A DNA stretch of 64,000 nt from Bigelowiella natans CCMP2755. Taxonomy: Eukaryota > Protista > Cercozoa. The position numbers and the translations under genes are program-made. Shown piece by piece: positions 56,829 through 64,000 of this stretch (position 1 is its first letter; each line of letters starts with the position of its first letter). The stretch is from the NCBI GenBank assembly GCA_000320545.1, contig ADNK01001472.1:28382-92381 (forward strand), given 5' to 3'. The notes beneath the pieces are model-generated. The model was not told the DNA's origin, did not search any database, and worked only from the letters and a program-made list of their open reading frames with translations.

Positions 56829-57172
56829 CACCCACTAGCCCGTGCTGGCGTGCGTGCTGGCATGCTAGCGTGCAACAATGCCAGCATGCTGTCTGCATGC
56901 GCTGTGCTTGCTAGCTTGTTCAGTCGTGACCGAATGGATGATCGACTTGTGGCTGATGAATGACTGCATTCTGTGACACGTGCACGCAAACACATGCACA
57001 CTTGAAACATGCCACACTCGCTATTTGAGACGCATCATTAGTTTTTGAAACACAAGATTGATCCAATACGTTTTTGCACATGCTGTCAAAAGTTTTTACA
57101 CTGTAGGGTGACTTCGAGTTGAATAACAAATTTGCACACAAAATGTCGATCCTATAGCCCTTTAGTGTAGCT

Positions 57173-60100
57173 CTATGCAACAAAAAATCCGTTTTTCTTC
57201 TCGCCCTTGCTTTCCTCTGGCTTCTTCCTGCTTGGTTTTCGCCTAAAATACAGTCTTTGTTAGTTCTCTGCTCAAAGGATATTAAATAACAAAAATGTTT
57301 TTTTTTTTAGAGGGGAACATCATAAATGGTGAAAATCACCTGCTTTTTTCGTTTGCAGAAGGAAATGTAGGCATTAAGCTCAACACTTGAGGCCGTGGGG
57401 CAGCTCTACAGGTAGATGGGGGCAATGTGGTTGAGTTCTTCTGAATCGAATTTCCAAAATTTCCTCCTCCTCCCTCTCCCAACCTTCCAGAAGAATTTAA
57501 TTAATGAACACACCTAAACCATTCATGGTTCAATGCCTCTTCCGCCGATATCCTTTTCTTCGGGTCATATGCAAGAAGCTTCGTGAGCAGATCGAAACTG
57601 AAGATAAAATTGGGAATAAATATCATAGCAACTCTTTCGTCATCTCGCATTTAGATGGTATCATCAATAAATAGAGAAGCGGACACACTATACTTATCCT
57701 CCTCCTCCTTCCTTTTCTAGATAATAATAATACTAACATTACCCAAGGTCGTCAAGGTAGAAACCACCCCCAAAGTTTTGTTTTGGAAATATTGCTCGTA
57801 GCTTGCTCCTCTTATTCTTCACCCATCGGTACGACTTGGCGTGCTGCAGCTTATCAAAGTCCGGCCATTGCTCTTTTGTCGGTGAACCGAGAAGATCGAA
57901 CATCCTGTTGATCTGGTCAAGTTCGCCTTTTCCTGCAATTAGTGGCTTCCGTGTCAAGAACTCTGCGAAAATGCAGCCCACCGACCACATATCCACAGCT
58001 TCAGTGTAAGTTTTTGCTCCTAATAATAGCTCAGGAGCACGGTACCACAGAGTAACGACAAGGGTTGTATATCTTCCAATGGGAGACCCATACTTACGGG
58101 CAAGCCCGAAATCACAAATCTTTAGCACACCGTCATTACTGTACAGCAGATTCGATGTCTTTAAGTCCCTTTTTAGATTGTAAGAACTCATTGTAATACA
58201 GTCTTAAGAAAGAAGAGAAAGAAAACGAAACCCTGCCCCATACAAATATATTACAGGTCAAGGATACTAGATGCCTACTACCTGTGAATTATCCATCCTT
58301 TATGAAGGGCATCTACCGCACTCAAAAATTGCATCATAAGAGTCTTGACTTCCGACTGTAATGACGAGGACGAGAAGAAAAAATATATATTATTAAATGG
58401 TGATGAAAATTATCATGAGATGCAAATAAAATAGCAACTAGTGTCTGCACAGCGAGGACCTGTCTGAACGGCTGTTTCATTTGGCCCCCCAGTAACATTT
58501 TCATATCGTGATCGAGGTATTCCATCACCATGTAGATGCTGAGAAATTAAACACCAAAATAGTAAATCGTGAGAAAATAAACACCACAATTTGAAGCATC
58601 AGGAATTCAGATAAGATTCAAGTTTACAAATCATCTTATTTTTCGTATATTTTGTAGTTTATTATACATGTACCCGACAAGATACTACTATTTGGTTTCG
58701 TGTAATTTTGCATGTACAATGAGAACCCCACCTCTTGAGATCTTCGCCGATGACAATTTCCTTCAATTTGACAATGTTTGGGTGGTCAATGGCCATGAGA
58801 ATATTAATCTCTCTTAGTGAGGTAATAGGGAAGCTTCCAGAAGCTTTATCCATTTTGATTTTCTTAAGAGCGACAACCTTTCCCGTATCCTTATCATGTG
58901 CACGATGAACGACACCGTACGTACCTTCCTCAATTGTATTTAATCGCTTATAAAATTGGACACTTCTACTTCCCATGAATGCAGGAACGTGAAGTCGCTT
59001 TGCCTTCTTCTTCTTCTTCTTCAATGGAGTTATCTCGTCGTTTTGATTTTGGATTTGGTCCTCGGAAGGTCTGGTGTCCATTAAAGCAGCAGCTGCTGCT
59101 GCTGTATTCGAGGCTGCATCCTTCGTGCCGTCTGTCGTTGCTTTCACGTCGTCAACTACCATATCCTTGTCACCATTCTTCTTTTTCTTCGCCTCCACCG
59201 TATTGCAAGCACCAGGTTGAGTTTGGTTGTTGAGAATTGGTGAAGGCACGAAATCATCATTATCATTTAAATGCTGCTGCTGCTGTTGTGAGGTGTTACT
59301 AGTACTAACTTCCCCCTTTCTACTACTTGGTTCTTCGTCGGCCACTCCATAGGCGGAATGGTCGCTGTCCTCTTCATCATCTTTCTTTCCTCCCACTCCA
59401 AAATTAATAAAAGTCAGAGATTCAAAGACATAACTGAATGATGAAGATTAAGTTGACTAGTTACTACCTTTACTAGCAGATCCTGCTGTGCCTTTCCCTC
59501 CTTCTCCAATTTCTCCATCTTCTAAACTGGATTGCTGTTGAGGTGTAACATCTTTGCGTAAGTTGACAATCATTCATAGGCTGCATATCAGATAGAAAGA
59601 AACATTACCCGAGCTGCAGCTTGAGCTCTTTGCTTTATCTTTTCTATCTGCTGACGAATTTCCTCCTTCACATGATCTGCCCCTCCTATACCGCCCACGG
59701 CCCGTTTCTTATCGTCTCTTGTTGAGGATGGGGCGGAGCTTCCTCTTTCGCGCTCTTTCGATCTTGATCTTTTTCGGGTCTCGTTATGAGTACCGTGCTC
59801 ACGGTGATCACGAGTAGATCTAGAGGGGGGGTCTTTCCTTTTGATCGATATGTTCCTTCTACCGGAAGGCTGCTGCCTGTGTTTGCGTACGACACTCCTC
59901 GGCGGAAAAGCAGCAGCGGCTTTGCTGCTCGCTCCGCCAGCACCTAAAATCACATGATATTACACTTCAAAATCAGTATAAAAAGTGTTTAAATCAATTT
60001 ACCGAAAAGTAGAATGCAACATGCGCGGCATGGCGCATGAAGGACCCAATCGTTCACACAAATTATATACTATAACACCCTGCCCACCCACACTGAAGAT

Positions 60101-60318
60101 AATGTGAAGGTTTCACAATAATATTTTTTAAGAAACTTGCATAATGTTGCACCATCGCCGTTCCTTTCCCTGTCAGCCTTATTTTTAGTCTCAGGATCCC
60201 TTGAGCTGCGATCATTGCGGTCGTGGCTCCTTCTCGACAGGCTACCCTCTCCTGCACCTCTACTATTCTGTCGTTGAAGGATCCTATTCCGCAGCTCCTC
60301 TAACTGCTTTTCTGACAT
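57173..60318 (-). CDS. CDK11: Cyclin-dependent kinase 11 (PITSLRE kinase) with R/E/S-rich N-terminus
   Basis: [67 protein letters not shown] and MPTFPS. The last exon ends GFFVA*. Confidence 0.95.
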
Positions 60319-61879
60319 CTCTTCCTTCCTTTCCACCACTTCTATGTTGAAATTGATGTCTGCTGCGAACGGGGGAGAGGGGACAGGATACAGGATTCAG
60401 ATACTGTCAACTGTAATCGGTTCCGCTATCTTTGTTCAAGATAAGTCCTTTTCAACATAAATTCGTCAGAAGTATTTGTCTTTTGTTAATAAACCTCCTT
60501 TCTCATCCACTCTTCCAGCCATAAATGTATCTCATTATGGCGCTTTCTCTCTTTAAAAAGGTGGAAAAGGTCGATGTAATAACAAAAATGATGTGGATTT
60601 ACCTGGATTATTACCATTTTGTACGACAAAAGAACCCACAGACTAAGAATTAAATAATATTTATTCGACTTCACAAATGATTGGATTTGCCAATCAAATA
60701 TGTTTGTCGTCTGATATAAAAACAAGGGAGAAATAAATAATATGTAAGAACTATTCATCGTGAAGGCCTTCTTCCTGCATTGGAAATCGAAAATAGGACC
60801 TGTTCTTAGAATAAAATCTAGGAATATTATTGTCGTAAGATAAAATAGGGAGTGTTTCTTCTTCTTCTTCGTCTTCTTCCGAATCGGCTGCACTGGACAA
60901 TTATCATCGATGGTGGTGGGTTAGGTAGGATGCTGCACTCGAGATAAACAATGAGGAGGCCAGGATGAATCAAAATCAATATCGAAACAATTAAGGTGGG
61001 CGGAAGAGGGTAGCTAGATCAGATGGAAGAGGACACAGAGGAGATCGACTTTTCCCAATCGCTCAAAATAATTCGGTGCTTCTTTCACGACAAACACTTT
61101 CTGCTGCATCATGCAACTCCTATTTTTTGGCCAGTGCAAAGGCTAGCGGAAGTAGGGCTGCTTCAAAGATAAGAGTGTTATTAGTTGAGGGGAATGAAAC
61201 GTGCATAACAGAACTAGAACGATTACTACAACGAAGAAAATACTACGATAGAAAGATAGGCAGATATTATACAGCAACTGGCTGGGTTGACGGTGTTGTC
61301 GCAGTGGTGTCGCTATGCATCGTCATCGTCGTCGTAGTCGTAGTCCTCTCCCTACATTTTTTAACACGTCTCTTCCTCATCCTTTATGCGCACTACGAAT
61401 CCCAGGCAGCGGATGACATGAAGGGTGTGCTTATCAACCAGCTATGATATGGATATGTAATAAATCCACAAAGCCGCTGGTTTGAGTGGGATAGGATATC
61501 ATTCTGTGCGAGTAGTCGTATACTACGTCCCATGGGATGCGGCGCGGCTGGAATAATACAGCTTGCAAGGCTACATCATATGATATGCATCGTATATACA
61601 CAAGCGATAAAGCATATCCATGCGCCACTACGATTCATTGCATTGATGACAACAAAGATCTTTTTTTAGTTTGCCTGTGTCCCATAAACCTACCTAGTAG
61701 AGCGCAAGCGAATATATCGTAACAGCATGGATAGATGCAGTAGAAATTAGGAAGTATTGCAAATTGTGCTATCAATAACGTACTGGAACGAATGAGTCGT
61801 TGAGACAAAAGGCAAATTAGCATAGAGGAATAGTCGCGCGCAACACATATCTATGATGCCACAATTTCTTTATACATGC

Positions 61880-62320
61880 TAAGCTAGTAAGTTAAAACCT
61901 TTGACATAGCATTTCGGGGTATATTACGAATATTTTTCTAAAATTTATGTTCTTATGCAAAAGTACCTGTTGACTCAAGAGATATAGTAACGATGTTGGC
62001 ACTAAAGGTGTACTTGTTTTGACAAACTAACTTCACCTTCTTGTTCTTTCAAATGTACTTACATGTTTTTTTTTATTATACTTGCCCCCACTTCTGTGAT
62101 TGCTACTTAGAGCTGCCGTTTTATTGGCTACTATAGTTTTGGTCTCCCGCATGGATTGAATTCGGTCGCTAATGTGTGACGGTATCTCACCAAGACAAGC
62201 GTTCCAATATTCACGACCTAGATTGCAATATTCCTATCACAATTATCGTCTCCTATCGAAATCCATCCTCCGCTACACCCCATCTACACCCCCTTCATTT
62301 GATTGATGTTGATTCTCGCA

Positions 62321-62403
<83 letters not shown>

Positions 62404-62552
62404 TGGTACATGATATCTTACTACCATGCACAGTAGATATCTCCAATCCAGAAGGCCTTCATGCATCCATCAGCAGCATTTTAATACAAAATAATTGGTA
62501 TTGATGAAGGGACAATTTAGATGTATATCATATAGACCAATGGCAAGTAGTA

Positions 62553-62588
<36 letters not shown>

Positions 62589-63270
62589 AAGCTGGAATAT
62601 TTGGTATGAAAATCATATATTTTAGCATCATCGTATATTTGATGATGTTATACTTGATAAAAGAGGAGTTTGGAAAATTTTCAATTTCTGATCAATCGAA
62701 AATCATCTAGTCCACATCGCCATGGCTACAAATACAACCACTTTCACTTCTACAAGCAGCACAACTACTACTACTACTACTACCATTTGTCATTCTGAAG
62801 CTCCGTTAGAGTTACTCTTATGCCATCCCATTCCATTTTGTTTACACTCATCCTCCCTGCTGCGCCATATCTCAACAACTGTTTTATTTTAGTATCATTA
62901 TTAGTATTAAACCATTGTAGTGGTAGCAGTTGTGTTATTAGTAATGGGAGACTTGTAGTGTACATTGTATTTTAGTAGTGGTAGTAGTAGATGTTAGTAC
63001 TACAATAATCAAGTTCGAACATTACAATCATGTATTTTGTATGTAAAAATAATCTCAATATTGTTTTTTATTATATCTTTTTCATATTGGATACCAGGGG
63101 TTTCGAGTTTTTGTAGAAGAAATGCATTTCTTTGGTGCTATTTCTCTCCACCTTCATTCATATTTCATCGTATCGATATGATGAAGAAGAAGAAGGTGGC
63201 GAATGAGATCATAAGAATGAATCATTACATGGCAATGATGATGACGCATGATGATGATGACGACGACGAC

Positions 63271-63303
<33 letters not shown>

Positions 63304-63478
63304 AATGAACTACCGGGATTCTGCCCATACAAGCAAAGCTTCTTGTTTCATTAATGATACGATGAAACTCGATTAAATCATGAGATGACGAACAAGAGGA
63401 AGAACGAGAGGGTGTTGACCGAGAGGGGCCAAATTGAGTTTTTCCAGCCTGACGACGAGTACTAGTACTTGTCGCAAG

Positions 63479-63480
<2 letters not shown>
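61880..63480 (-). CDS. Probable multi-exon gene of unknown function
   Basis: Exon-like, non-repetitive blocks bounded by AG/GT between microsatellites (e.g. REYWNACLGEIPSHISDRIQSMRETK and KVKLVCQNKYTFSANIVTISLEST). No family recognised and the structure was not resolved. Confidence 0.35.
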
Positions 63481-63521
<41 letters not shown>

Positions 63522-63697
63522 GAGGAGGAGGAGGAGGAGGAGGAGGAGGAGGAGGAGGAGATTGGCAGTGTCACAGAAAAGGATGAAAATATAAGCATAG
63601 CGGAGTTAATGAGGTGCAAGTTATTTGATATTTATCTCATCTATTTTAGTTTCAAAGAGAGTGTATTATGAAATATATCTTAATTTAAATATAAGAG

Positions 63698-63852
<155 letters not shown>

Positions 63853-64000
63853 TGCTCCACTCTCACGCACACGATCGCTACTCAAAACTAGAAGGGAGAG
63901 AAAGATTACTTTTCACGAAGAAAAAGAAAAAATGCTCGTTAGAGAGAGTACAAGGGTGACTAGTGGTTGGGTTTTTCTTTTTTTTTTTTTTTTTTTTTTG

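Larger units (their letters stand above)
55381..57021. mobile_element. TpA-depleted island 3: degenerate repeat/transposon-derived DNA
   Basis: 11 TpA in ~1640 bp (10 CTAG, 1 GTAG). Contains R1 copy B and a putative DNA-transposon end. Confidence 0.7.

Noticed and set aside
60486-61447. ORFs 60486-60893 (-) and 61076-61447 (+)
   Set aside because: Non-ATG starts, no recognisable motifs and no consistent splice model.

Overview
Gene-dense, intron-rich eukaryotic nuclear DNA with GT-AG introns and many microsatellites. A protist source is likely, possibly chlorarachniophyte-like, but that is inference only. About 14 spliced genes were reconstructed by eye: a PX + permuted NlpC/P60 amidase (partial), a phosphagen kinase, a DCC-family thiol-disulfide oxidoreductase, METTL9, CSN7, a DUF3754/TMEM143-like protein, CLASP, CEP43/FOP, CIAO1, WDR83, Rab6, NSE3/MAGE, CDK11 and one unidentified gene at the right end. 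The most striking signal is non-coding. Three sharply bounded, repeat-derived intergenic islands (3651-5381, 51936-53268, 55381-57021; about 4.7 kb in total) have lost almost every TpA dinucleotide. By manual count 31 TpA remain, and 27 of them lie in the palindrome CTAG. Aligned repeat copies differ by TA vs TG/CA. This suggests a repeat-targeted A-to-G hypermutation system acting on TA(not G) on both strands, opposite in direction to fungal RIP. Other observations: a shared ~80-bp element just downstream of three different genes, a retroelement-like repeat with conserved stem-loops, and a phosphagen kinase ending in the first residues of a lost second domain. Exon boundaries were read manually and several start codons are uncertain.
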